The notes beneath the pieces are model-generated. The model searched no databases, was not told the DNA's origin, and worked only from the letters and a program-made list of their open reading frames with translations. From Heteronotia binoei (taxonomy: Eukaryota): a stretch of DNA of 64,000 nucleotides. Each line of letters begins with the position of its first letter. The stretch's first letter is position 1. The stretch spans positions 155,868,001-155,932,000 of the forward strand of contig NC_083223.1 of NCBI RefSeq assembly GCF_032191835.1. Reading direction: 5' to 3'. The position numbers were made by a program, and so were the translations under genes. Below are positions 26,390 to 37,733 of this stretch, one piece after another.

Positions 26390-27766
26390 GACAGTGGAGA
26401 AACTGATAATAGACCTGGGTGCAAACAGTGGAGCTGCTACATGCAGGGAGAAGCAGTACTTCAAGTATCAACAACTTACCTCTATTGAATAGTGACAGCT
26501 CTCTTTCAAAAGTACTGGGGGGTAAACCTTCTCTTGCACACAGACAGCCCCCTAATCTCAAACAACTCCTCACCCACAACAATATAACATCTCATCTGAG
26601 CATGGACACTGGTACCAGAGCTTGCAATAAACCCAAGTGCCAACTTTGCTGCCACAAACACCCAGACAACACAATCACTGGACCTAACAGCATTAACTAC
26701 ACCATCTCAGGCTCATTCACTTGCTCATCTTCCAACATTATATATGCCATTAAATGCCAACAATGCTCTTCAGTTCTCTACATAGGGCAAACAAAACAAA
26801 CCCTCTGCCAAAGGATAAATGGACACAAATCTGACATCAGGAATTACAGAACTGAGAAACCTGTGGGGGGAACACTTTAACCTTCAAAGCATTCAATGGG
26901 TGACCTCAAAGTAGCTGTTTTACTGCAAAGGAATTTCAAGAACAGAATGGAGAGAGAAATTGCTGAATTACAAATTATTATGAAACTTGGAACAAACACC
27001 TCCCCAGGACTGAACAGGGATATTGGTTTTTTATCTTATTATAGATGCTAAACCTACTCTCAGAACTTCAAGAACAGAATGGAGAGCGGAATTGCTGAAT
27101 TACAAACTATTATGAAACTTGGAACAAACACCTCCCCATGACTGAGCAGAGATGTTGTTTTGTTTTTTTAAATCTCATTACATATGCTAAACCCACTTTC
27201 ACCAAGTATGGCGATATATCCACAGTATTCCAATGTATTTCTCTTTTAGGATAGTGTATCAGAATAATGCTTTTGTATTGACATACTCAAACAAGGGATA
27301 TTGACTGTTTATCTCATTACATATACTAAACCCATCTTCCACTATATTTTAATGTATTTTTTCTTAATGGCAAACTAGAATGATGTATATATTTATGTGA
27401 CATGTTAAAAGGTAAATTAGTTGGACAGGAAAAACTTCTGGGAAAGAAATGCCCTCTTTTTGACCCAGGTTTATTAGCAATAGAATAATTAATAGGCATT
27501 CTCACATTCTGACATGTTACTGTTTTATGGTTTCCCAGGTTAATACAACCCAGATCAAAGGTTTTCTGAATTTGTTAATTTTACTATTCTGCTATTGAAT
27601 TTTAACTTTGTACCACTTGGCATTCCAAACCCCACCAGCTACATGTGGCTCTGCTAACTGTACCTCATTACTCGTCTGAAGAAGTGTGCATATACACAAA
27701 AGCTTACATTCTGAATAAAACTAAGTTGGTCTTAAAAGTGCAATCGACTCCTATTTTGTTCTACTT
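26390..27766 (+). mobile_element. Penelope-like element, GIY-YIG endonuclease and 3' region
   Basis: NIIYAIKCQQC...LYIGQTKQTLCQRINGHKSDI (26419-26880); partial tandem repeat of the 3' segment; Penelope-type end CTGAAGAAGTGTGC...AATAAAACTAAGTTGGTCTTAAAAG. Confidence 0.88.
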
Positions 27767-27921
27767 CAAGTATGTGGTTCCAGGTTATGGAGGCGTCAAA
27801 GGTGAGCACCAATGCCTTTAAATGGACCTGGAAACTAATAAACAGCTGTTGAAGGAAGCACAAAATAAGAATCGCATGGTCCTGTTGGCTAGCCCCTGGT
27901 TGAACTGCCAGATTTTGCACC

Positions 27922-28606
27922 TAGGCTTCCCAACCCTCCCGCCCTGGTGGGGGACCCCAGGATTTCCACCCTCTTCCCCCACTCCCCCAACAAACGGAAG
28001 CGGGGGGCGGGAACGGCGCCAGGGAGCATGGCGAGCCGCCCCATCCTGGAGCGGGTGAGGCTGCCGCGCCGCACCGCTGCCGCCCCCTCCCCGCCCACCG
28101 CAGCTGCTCCTCCGAGATGGGCCCAGGCTGAGCCCATCTCAGAGGAGCAGCCAAGAGGCAGCAGCAGCGCAGGCAAAACCAGAGAAGGGAGGGCGGAGGC
28201 AGGCCAGGAGCATGGCGAGCCATGAATCCGGGCCCTTCTAGGACCCGGACTCGCGGCTCGCCACGCCCCCAGCCCGCCTCCACCCCCCCCCTCCGATTCC
28301 ACCCCAGAGGCGGAGCGGGCGAGGCCGCCGCACTGCTGCCGCCTCTTCTCCGCTCGCCATGGCTGCTCCTCCGAGATGGGCTCAGGCTGAGCCCATCTCG
28401 AAGGAGCAGCTACGGTGAGCGGAGAAAAGGCAGCAGCTGCGCGACAGCGTCGCCTGCTCCGAGACGGGGCGGCTCGCCACGCTCCCTGGCGCCATTTCCC
28501 CCCCTCCCCTAGCTCCACCCCAGTGTCTCCTGGCTCCACCCCCAAAGTCTCCTGGCTCCACCCCCAAAGTCCCCAGATATTTCTGGGATTGGACTTGGCA
28601 ACCCTA
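27922..28606. mobile_element. hAT (Blackjack-like) GC-rich MITE
   Basis: Termini TAGGCTTCCCAA / TTGGCAACCCTA and 8-bp TSD TTTGCACC (27914-27921 and 28607-28614). Confidence 0.85.
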
Positions 28607-29816
28607 TTTGCACCAGCTGCAGCTTCTGCCTTCTGAATCATCTTCAAGAACAGTCCCACCTAGAATGTGTTGCAACAATCTGCCCTTGAAGTTACTAAAG
28701 CATGGATTAGCAAAGCCAGATGGCAATATGCAAACAGAGAGCCAGGTTCCTAACTAGAGTGTTTTTCACATGGGAACAGGATTGTATTGTTTCCTGTTGC
28801 TGATGTGGCTGCAGGTATTGTATAGCACAACAGCAACATGGCCTCCATATAGCTGGTTTCCCCACAGCTTTCCTGCCCCAATCCCCTTGAAGTAGACACC
28901 CCCTTGCCTGAGCTACAAGTGCTTCTGCAATTTTTTTAAAAATCATCACAAGAATATCATTACATTGACATACAGCTGTAACAACAGGTGTCATAAGTTC
29001 TGTGAATACCCAGCTTTCCTTTACTTAAAAGGTTCCTAGCTCCTTTCCTTATGAAAATATGCCTTTTTCCTTATATAACTGAAGGAAAAGGGATAGACAC
29101 CTTTAAAAAAATTAAAGCTGAGAATTTAGAGAAACTGCTACTTGTATTGTTACGAGGATATATCAATATGAGAGGAGCAAATGGCTGTCATGGGGCCAAA
29201 GTCATGGAAGATGGTTAGTATGTGGACCAGAAAATCCAAATCTATCCTCCCACATAACAGCCAACCATGGATACCTGTTTCTCCAACAGGAAACTAAGAT
29301 CCAACAATACTCCAAAATCTTAACAGAGACTTTCAGTGAAAACTGCATACTATTAATAGCAAGAAGATAAGTTCTGTAGAAAGCAGTCGCCTTTTAGACC
29401 AGCATCATCTCTGTCTTATTGGAATTCAACTTTAGTGTGTTCTCCCTCAACTTCCACAAACCTTGTGCAATACAGTATGCCAGCTGTTAAGAGCACCACT
29501 ACAATTCTAAAAAGAGTTAGATCTTTCTAAATCCACTGAAATCAGTAGGTTAGCAGAGGCAATGTTGTTAAAGATTGTACTGGCATTCACTTCATTAGGA
29601 AAAGAGAAGAACTGAAAAGCTCTTCTAAAGTTAGAATCACAGAGAGCATGAAGAAAAACAACACTCAGATCTAAAAAAAAAAAAAAAGATCTATCCACTC
29701 TCTCACTTATGGCAGAAATGCTAAGCAGTGCAGGCATTCAATTTCCAATACAAAATGTATCATCTGCCTCAGTAGTAAATAGACACCCCAAGCATAATTA
29801 ATGGGCATGGAGATAT

Positions 29817-30909
29817 GTGAGCAGCTCTGAGGATGAAGAATTTGTTCCCACAAAGCTACATTTCCTGGGGCCTGTTTTTGACGAAGAGACACACGTTAGT
29901 ATGGACAGCGGGGAGACAACATCTGACATGCTAGCTAAAAATGGCATTTCCCAAATTTTGCAAAGCCTCCTGGAAGATTTCCCAGACACTCAGGAACTTA
30001 TTCCTTACAGCACCCAGGTTTTCCAAGAGATTCCTGATTCCCAAGAGCTGATTCCAAGCGAGAACTCTATGGCACAGGTAATTTGGGAAAAGGGGATGGG
30101 GGGGAATAGAAAAAGTTATTGGAAACAGACTTTGCATAGTGCTTTTAATTGAAAAAATCTGCGTTTAATTTTCTAGTATTCTGCCTGCATTGAGCCACAA
30201 ATTCCAGATTTAAAATTGGTTGAAGCCACAGAGGAGAATATTCCTTCAGAGGTGAAGATCTCCACACAGGTATGGACCCCAGTTGTTGAGTGTTGTGTGG
30301 TGGGTGTGGGGGCTTGTCAAGGGTTGTAAAACTAAAATAAATGCTGTCTTTTTAATAGGAACAGCAAAAAATTCCATTTGGCATGGCGCCCGAGTAATGA
30401 GTCATTGCCATGAGAAAGCATTTAAACATAGAACTTTTTGAAGATTCTGACTCTATACCACCACGAAAATGGAAATCAGCAATGTCAGCATTAGTTCATG
30501 CTGTGGTCTATTCAATAACAATGCATTGATCAATGCATTTTTATATGATTCTTGTGAAGGATGCCAGCTTCAATCTCCCAGACAGAAATCTCACGTATGT
30601 GTTTCTTGGTCTGAACAAATAGTAGACTGCAAGGTGAAATTTGTAATTGATGAAATGTCAATACATTTGATAATGCAAATTGTGACCTCAGTTGGCTATT
30701 CATTGAAATGTCTGCTCTTCACGCAAGAGAATATGGACCAAATATTTGATTTATTAAATAAAGTTGGAGACGCCTCAAATTCATGCAAAACTCTTGAAAC
30801 AATTTTGAAAAACTCTGACAGTGCAATGGTTAAATATGTTCAAGGCTATATCAAAGATTTGCATTTTCGTTCATTTTTTCTGCGCCAGAAAAAAATGGCG
30901 TTTCTGTGA
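29817..30909 (+). pseudogene. Maverick accessory gene A: 3 exons, acidic S/T-Q N-terminus plus CxxC...HxC C-terminal domain
   Basis: Exons ~29817-30077, 30177-30269 and 30359-30909 with CAG|GT donors and 99- and 89-nt introns, phase 0; CEGCQLQSPRQKSHVC motif; AATAAA at 30914; exon 3 has stops and a frameshift; no in-frame ATG. Confidence 0.7.
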
Positions 30910-31098
30910 TGTAAATAAAAGAGAGATTGCAGCTGCTTTTTACTGTCTGTTTTTGAAATAAACCTTGTAAATAGACTGCAACTCCTTTTTACACTGTCTG
31001 TAAATGAAAAAAAGCCTGCAAATAAAAAGGAACCATTTTAAAGAAATCAGTGTTGTTATTACATGCCCAGGCATGCTCCCATGAAATGAAGGGCTGCT

Positions 31099-31470
31099 GC
31101 TTGCAAGGGAGGGGGGGCTGCACTCTGATTAAATCTGGAAGCATTTTAAAATTCCTAGGATGGTTAGCCCCCATATTTACTGATTGCTGTTTAAAAAAAA
31201 AAGTTTGGGAAGGGGTGTTGCAAGGGAGAGAGGCAGGGGGTTGTATTCTGATTAAATCTGGCAGCATTTTAAAAATTCCTAGCATGGTTAACCCCCATAT
31301 TTACTGGCTGCTGTTTTTTGTTTTTTTTTTAAGTTTGGGAAGGAGGGTTTGCAAGGGAGAGAGGAAGGGGGGCTGCACTCTGATTAAATCTGGCAGCATT
31401 TTAAAAATTGCTGGGATGGTTAGCCTCCATATTTACTGGCTGCTGTTTTAAAAAAAAGTTTGAGAAGGGA
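31099..31470 (+). repeat. Three tandem ~125-bp repeats inside the Maverick
   Basis: Core CTGATTAAATCTGG(C/A)AGCATTTTAAAA...ATGGTTA.CC.CCATATTTACTG recurs at ~31120, ~31245 and ~31375. Confidence 0.9.
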
Positions 31471-31737
31471 GAGCCTAATTTTATATTTTTAAAATTGCAG
31501 CGTATTTTGAAAAACTACTTACCCTCTTTCCCATGTGCTTCTTAAAACCATGGCTGCTTCTTCTCTGAGACTGTGTGGGTGGGGAAAGGAAAGGGGAGGA
31601 TTTTGCAGTCACATGGATAGAACCTGGTTACCTTTACAATTCATAGACAATTTCTATTGGATCAGCAACTAACATGGCCGGGGGAACCAATCACAGCGCT
31701 CCTTCACATACAGTAGTGGTCAGTTGGTCTTGATTAG

Positions 31738-32781
31738 AATAGGGGGTGAATCACATCCTTTTTGGCCAGAGGAGGAGAAGGTCAGAAGACATCTTTACCT
31801 TGAGGCTGCAGGTAAGCCATATGCTACGCTTTTTTTTAAGTGATTAGAAATTAATATTGCTTGTAAATTTTATTTGTAAATCTTTTTACTGCCTGTAAAG
31901 CAGCTAGTTTATGGCCTGTTTGCCCCAAACATGCTTAATGAGAAGAAAGAGGGGATCTACTCCTGTTTTTTTTTTTTAATTTAACAGACGTTTGCAAGCT
32001 GCAAGGATATTTAGCTACCCTTTATGATGGCTCTTTTGAATGGAAGAGGTTTGCTTTCTATATTTTACAACATGCTTTTAAAAAAGAGGCAGATTTCTTT
32101 CCTTTGGCTGAAAATGAATAATTGAGAAGGGGGAGGGGGGGAGTATGGGCTGTTTCAGTTTTTCTTGATTAGATTAAGGGGCCAGTCACATCCTTTTCCA
32201 GCTCACAGAGAGGCACTAAAGGAAGACTTTTTTACCCTGAGGTGTTTGTCTTAAGCTTCAGAAAAGGGGATAATAATTTAATGTTTATTTGTGATCAGTC
32301 CTTTCAATATTTTTGTAAATCTTAGGGGTGAAAAAGAACAAATATGGCAGAAAAGTCTTCAAAAACAAAGGTATATTTTGTATTCCTCTCTGTTTTAAAA
32401 TCAGTTTGCTGTTGTTTTTATAAGAGGGGTGTGTGGTGGAGGATAATTTAAAAATGGGGCGGCTGCATTATATTTCATATTTTTGGCATTTTAATATGCA
32501 GGCCAGAAGAGGCCACACGGCTGTGAAGAATGCTGGGAAATGATAACGTTCAAAAATACCATGTGGTAAATATTTGATTTGCCTTTGTGTGTGCGGGTGG
32601 ACACTGTTTTTCTCAATGATTTAAGGGCTCTTTCCTTTTTAAAAAACCAGTTTGAAAAAGCTAATGTTTTTTTCATTAGGCCAGAATGCCCCTGACAAAG
32701 ATGATGATGGGCCTTCTAATGAAAATTTCCCTCCTCCCTTATCCCTGTTGGAAAGCAAGAGACGCCTGAAACCACTGTCTG
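31738..32781 (+). pseudogene. Maverick accessory gene B: six short predicted exons
   Basis: Exons 31738-31811, 31988-32048, 32173-32241, 32326-32370, 32502-32565 and 32680-32781, all AG/GT-bounded, with 84-176-nt introns; exons 1-4 splice into one open frame; start codon not found. Confidence 0.6.
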
Positions 32782-33096
32782 GTAAATTTTAAGTTTTGCT
32801 TCACTGTTCTGGATTTTCATTTTAAAAAGCAAGCTTAATGTGTAATTTTTATATGGTGGGGAAAAATGTTTTTCAACCCCATCCATAGAGTGGCTAATGT
32901 ATATTGAGCACAAGGAGGGTCTCCAGATATAGCACGCCCTAAAAGGTGGCGAGCTAAAAGTGGGAAATTATTTTCTTGATGGTTATACGGTGGTTGGGGG
33001 GTGGCCAACAGCCTTTGAATTTAATGGGTGCTTTTTCCATGGTTGCCCAACATGCTACACACCCAGTGATAGAAACCCGCTGACAGATCATCCTTT

Positions 33097-34639
33097 AAGA
33101 ACATAAGAACATAAGAGAAGCCATGTTAGATCAGGCCAATGGCCCATCCAGTCCAACATTCTGTGTCACACAGCGGCCAAATACACACACACACACACAC
33201 TGGCTAATAGCCACTGATGGACCTCTGCTCCATATTTTTATCTAACCCCCTCTTGAAGGTGGCCATGCTTGTGGCCGCCACCACCTCCTGTGGCAGTGAA
33301 TTCCACATGTTAATCGCCCTTTGGGTGAAGAAGTACTTCCTTTTATCCGTTTTAACCTGTCTCCTCAGCAATTTCATCGAATGCGAGTTCTCGTATTGTG
33401 AGAAAGGGAGAAAAGTACTTCTTTCTCTACTTTCTCCATCCCATGCATTATCTTGTAAACCTCTATCATGTCACCCCTCAGTCGACGTTTCTCCAAGCTA
33501 AAGAGCCCTAAGCGTTTCAACCTTTCTTCATAGGGAAGGTGTTCCAGCCCTTTAATCATTCTAGTTGCCCTTTTCTGAACTTTCTCCAATGCTATAATAT
33601 CCTTTTTGAGGTGCGGCGACCAGAACTGCACACAGTACTCCAAATGAGACCGCACCATCGATTTATACAGGGGCATTATGATACTGGCTGATTTGTTTTC
33701 AATTCCCTTCCTAATAATTCCCAGCATGGCGTTGGCCTTTTTTATTGCAAACGCACACTGCCTTGACATTTTCAGTGAATTATCTACCACGACCCCAAGA
33801 TCTCTCTCTTGGTCAGTCTCTGCCAGTTCACACCCTATCAACTTGTATTTGTAGCTGGGATTCTTGGCCCCAATGTGCATTACTTTGCACTTGGCCACAT
33901 TGAACCGCATCTGCCACGTTGACGCCCACTCACCCAGCCTCAACAGATCCCTTTGGAGTTCCTCACAATCCTCTCTGGTTCTCACCACCCTGAACAATTT
34001 AGTGTCATCCACAAATTTGGCCACTTCACTGCTCACTCCCAACTCTAAATCATTTATGAACAAGTTAAAGAGCATGGGACCCAGTACCGAGCCCTGCGGC
34101 ACCCCACTGCTTACCGTCCTCCACTGCGAAGACTGCCCATTTATACTCACTCTCTGCTTCCTATTACTCAGCCAGTTTTTGATCCACAAGAGGACCTGTC
34201 CTTTTACTCCATGACTCTCAAGGAGCCTTTGATGAGGAACTTTATCAAAAGCTTTCTGGAAGTCAAGGTAAACAACATCTATCGGGTCTCCTTTGTCCAC
34301 AAGTTTGTTTACCCCCTCAAAGAAATGTAACAGGTTAGTGAGGCAAGATCTTCCCTTACAGAACCCATGCTGAGTCTTCCTCAATAACCTGTGTTCATCA
34401 ATGTGCCTACTCATTCTGTCCTTGATAATGGTTTCTACCAACTTTCCCGGTATTGAAGTCAGACTGACTGGCCTGTAATTTCCTGGATCTCCTCTGGAAC
34501 CCTTTTTAAAGATGGGGGTGACATTTGCTACCTTCCAGTCCTCAGGAACAGAGGCAGATTTCAATGAAAGATTACAGATTTTTGTTAGAAGATCCACAAG
34601 TTCAACTTTGAGTTCTTTCAGAACTCTCGGATGTATGCC
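33097..34639 (-). mobile_element. CR1 LINE, 5'-truncated, near-intact RT ORF (33374-34597)
   Basis: 407-aa RT ORF and (ATGTTCTT)n tail; inserted in polB between TDHPF and EFADLHY. Confidence 0.96.
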
Positions 34640-35127
34640 GAGAGTTTGCTGACTTACACTACAGAAGCCTGAGGAAAGAACGTTACTTGAAAAGCCAGGG
34701 GTATGCTGTTTGGTCCATATGGGAACACGAGTGGAGGGAGATGGCGACAGCTGACAGGGAGCTTAGAGGCTTTATGAGTGAGAAGAAATTTCCATCACTG
34801 CAGCTCCCCAAAGATGCTCTCTTTGGGGGCAGAACAAATGCCATTTGCCTCTATTACAAAGCTGAAGCTGGTGAAAAAATACATTACTATGATTTCACCA
34901 GCCTGTACCCTTTTGTCAACAAGACAAAGAAATACCCAATTGGACACCCCCAAATTATTTATAAGGACTTTGCCCCAGTATCTGAATACTTTGGCCTGGT
35001 CAAACTGAAGATGGTGCCACCTCGAGGTCTCTTTTCCCCTGTATTACCCTACAAGGTGGGGGCAAACTTCTGTTCCCCCTCTGTCGCACATGTGCAGAGA
35101 CGAAGCAACAAGAGCGTTGTATGCATT

Positions 35128-36293
35128 TATAACAGCGCGCCTCACGGTCTCACTGGATCGCTTCTATATGCGGTTTATGGCTACCCCAGCCCCTCTTCCG
35201 CCTCAGTTCTTCCTTTTGAATTTTACCTCACGACTATGAAACTCAAGGGATGGGTGTAATATGGATTTCTCACTACTAGTCTCTTAGGGGTTTTTGTTTT
35301 GCTTTCAGATGGATATAAACTCAGTTTGTGGGGGACCACAACAGCTTTGATAGTTTTCCCAATATACTGGCACCAGAGAACTTTAAAAGTAAACCACAGA
35401 AATTTATTAACATACACACATCGTCTTCAACTGGGGAATGGGAAATATATACATGGGCTCTATTGTATCTCAAGCAGTTAACAGTTTCTTCGTAGTTCAG
35501 GCTTTATAATATCTAGTTCCCTTAGGTCTCTCAGGTTTCACAGATCATACAGCTTTCACTCTCCAACACTATTCTGGGTTGGCCTCTTGGGTATAATGTG
35601 CCAAGTCCCTTAAGTCAACTGGTGTCTCTTCTCCCAGCCCTTCAGACTTCTAGACCCACATCTTTTCCTCAACCACCTCTTTAGCTCTTAAGAGAAGTGT
35701 CTCTGTGTCTGTGACCTCTCAGGTCTTTTACTGTGACTCTCCTTTAGTCACACACAGCCCCTTGGCTGTCTAAATAGAGTGAACAGTGAGCTTTGCTTCT
35801 CTCAAAGACTCTCCTCAGCTGCTGTCTCAGCTCCTTCTCAGACCAACTGCTCTCTTCAGCAGTCTCCCTCAGACTCTGTCAGACACTTACTGCCCTCAGC
35901 CGTTAGCTGTCAATCACCTCTGAGAGTTCCGAGCACTCTGGCCCCCACCCTCAGATCACCTGACGCAGGCTCTATGCGTCCTTAGTCTTCTTGTTAACCC
36001 GTTCATTACCGTCACAGTGACCTTACCATCTGATTCATCTGAGATATCTGATGTGTTGTCCAGGCCAATTTCCCTGCGGGATCACACCTACCCATGCTTC
36101 CAGTCTTCCTCAAAGGGCTTCATGATGCCTGGGACCAACCCACCTCTATCCCTCTGACCTCAGAGCGTTTGAACTCCTTATATCGGATTCATGCTCTGGA
36201 CTTGAAGTTCCTCTCTTCACACCCTGCTCTGAATTCCATTATTGTACACTCTGCTACCAAGGCTAAACTTCATTACCGTTCATTACCGTCACA
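35128..36293 (-). mobile_element. Solo LTR (Gypsy-like TGTGACGG...GTTATA) with an extra DIRS ORF1-like segment
   Basis: 5-bp TSD GCATT (35123-35127 and 36294-36298) in polB; the LTR terminus CGTTCATTACCGTCACA occurs at both ~36000-36016 and ~36277-36293. Confidence 0.75.
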
Positions 36294-37288
36294 GCATTCT
36301 TCACTGAAAAGAGTGCTAGAAGGTGTGTAGTGCACAGTGGAACTGATGAAGGCCCTCGAGAAGGGGTATCAGATCATATCTATTAGGGAGGTGTGGCATT
36401 TTGAGGAAAGCTCTGAAGACCTGTTTTCTGAATACATTAAAGTGCATCTCCAACAAAAACAGGAGTCTTCTGGCTATCCTAGCTGGTGTACAGATGAGGG
36501 GGAAAGGGCCAAATGCATACAGGGCCAAATGCATTCTGAACACATAGCTGTCAATCCTGCAAAGAGGCAGATTGCAAAATTATTTTTAAATTCCTTGTGG
36601 GGTAAGTTTGGCCAGCATTCAAACTTGGTAAACACTACTATAGTGAAGGATGCTACCAAGCTTCTAGAATTTGCCTTTTCTACAGCATATGATGTGTCAG
36701 GATTTGACATAATTGACGATGAAACAGCAAGCGTGTCCTGGAAACACGCAAAAGATACAGTTACCTTAGCTGGCAACACGAATGTTCTGATGGCATGTTT
36801 TACAAAATCTTATGCACGGTTAGAATTGTATGAAATTTTAGACAGGCTGCAGGACCGTGTCATTAACCATGACAGGAATTCAGTCATTTTTGTCAGTCAG
36901 GAGGGGGATTTTATTCCGGCTCTCGAAGATTATTTAGGAGATCTCACATCTGAACTCCCACCAAATGAGCATATCACAAAGTTCACGTCAGCAGGTCCTA
37001 AAACCTATGGTTACAAATTGTCGGGTGGAAAGGCGTGTATGAAAGCCAAAGGCATCCCCCTCAATGTTTCTAATTGTGAAAAAATTAACTTTAACACCTT
37101 GAAGGACCTGGTCTTAGATTACACTGCCGAGCAGGCATCTAAAGAGATCAGAGTCCAGCAACCCTCCATCCTAAGGAAAAAGAATCAGTGGCTTATTGAG
37201 ACAGGGCCACTTAAGAAAACCCTCAAAGTCGTTTATGATAAGAGGGTCCTTGTGGACAAATACAGAACATTGCCATACGGTTTTTTAA

Positions 37289-37733
37289 ATGGATGTACGA
37301 TGGAAACATCCATTTTCTGCAGTACTGGCAGGGCCTAGCAATTGTAGCAAGAGTGTCTTTGTAAAAAGTATTTTGGACAATGCTCAACATGTGCTTTTTG
37401 TATCACCTGATAATGTCGTGTGGTTTTACAGCTGTTGGCAGAATCTGTATGACGAAATCCTCTAAATTCACATCTGTAAAGTTTGTTGAAGGGCTGCCTG
37501 AAACCCTAAATGATGATCAACTGTTCCCCGCTAATAAAGTAAGTCTGATTATAGTGGATGATTTGATGGACTCTGCTTGTCAAAACCCTGAAATTGAAAG
37601 AGCCTTTACCAAATACGTGCATCATTGGAATCTGAGCATTATATTTATTACTCAGAATATTTTCTTTCATGGAAAAAGCGCCAGAGCCATAAGTTTAAAT
37701 AAAAAATACCTGGTTCTGTTTAAAAAAAACCCG
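37289..37733 (+). pseudogene. Maverick packaging ATPase (FtsK/HerA-like), N-terminal part
   Basis: MDVRWKHPFSAVLAGPSNCSKS (Walker A), SLIIVDDLM (Walker B), SIIFITQN, YLVLFKKNP; one frameshift; truncated at ~37733. Confidence 0.93.

Larger units (their letters stand above)
32865..37288 (+). pseudogene. polB: Protein-primed family B DNA polymerase, C-terminal half, interrupted by a CR1 and a solo LTR
   Basis: SIEWLMYI...HALKGGE, FEFNGCFFHGCPTC (32.9-33.09 kb); GGRTN...YDFTSLYPFVNK (34.8-34.9 kb); KLFLNSLWGKFGQ, FTSAGPKTYGY, KAKGI, YDKRV...TLPYGF (36337-37288). The N-terminal half is missing. Confidence 0.95.

Noticed and set aside
29507-29737. Host exon DLSVVFLHALCDSNFRRAFQFF after a poly-T acceptor
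   Set aside because: The frame closes without a good donor. LDLSxxF and the downstream LKLNSNKTEMML-like sequence suggest an old L2 remnant. Left unresolved.
31099-31470. CRISPR-like repeat-spacer array
   Set aside because: Eukaryotic context, long ~125-bp units, no unique spacers and no cas genes.
32502-32565. Polyomavirus small-T-like CxxC (HGCEECW) in an alternative frame of gene B exon 5
   Set aside because: That frame is not phase-compatible with exons 1-4, and one CxxC is not enough evidence of homology.
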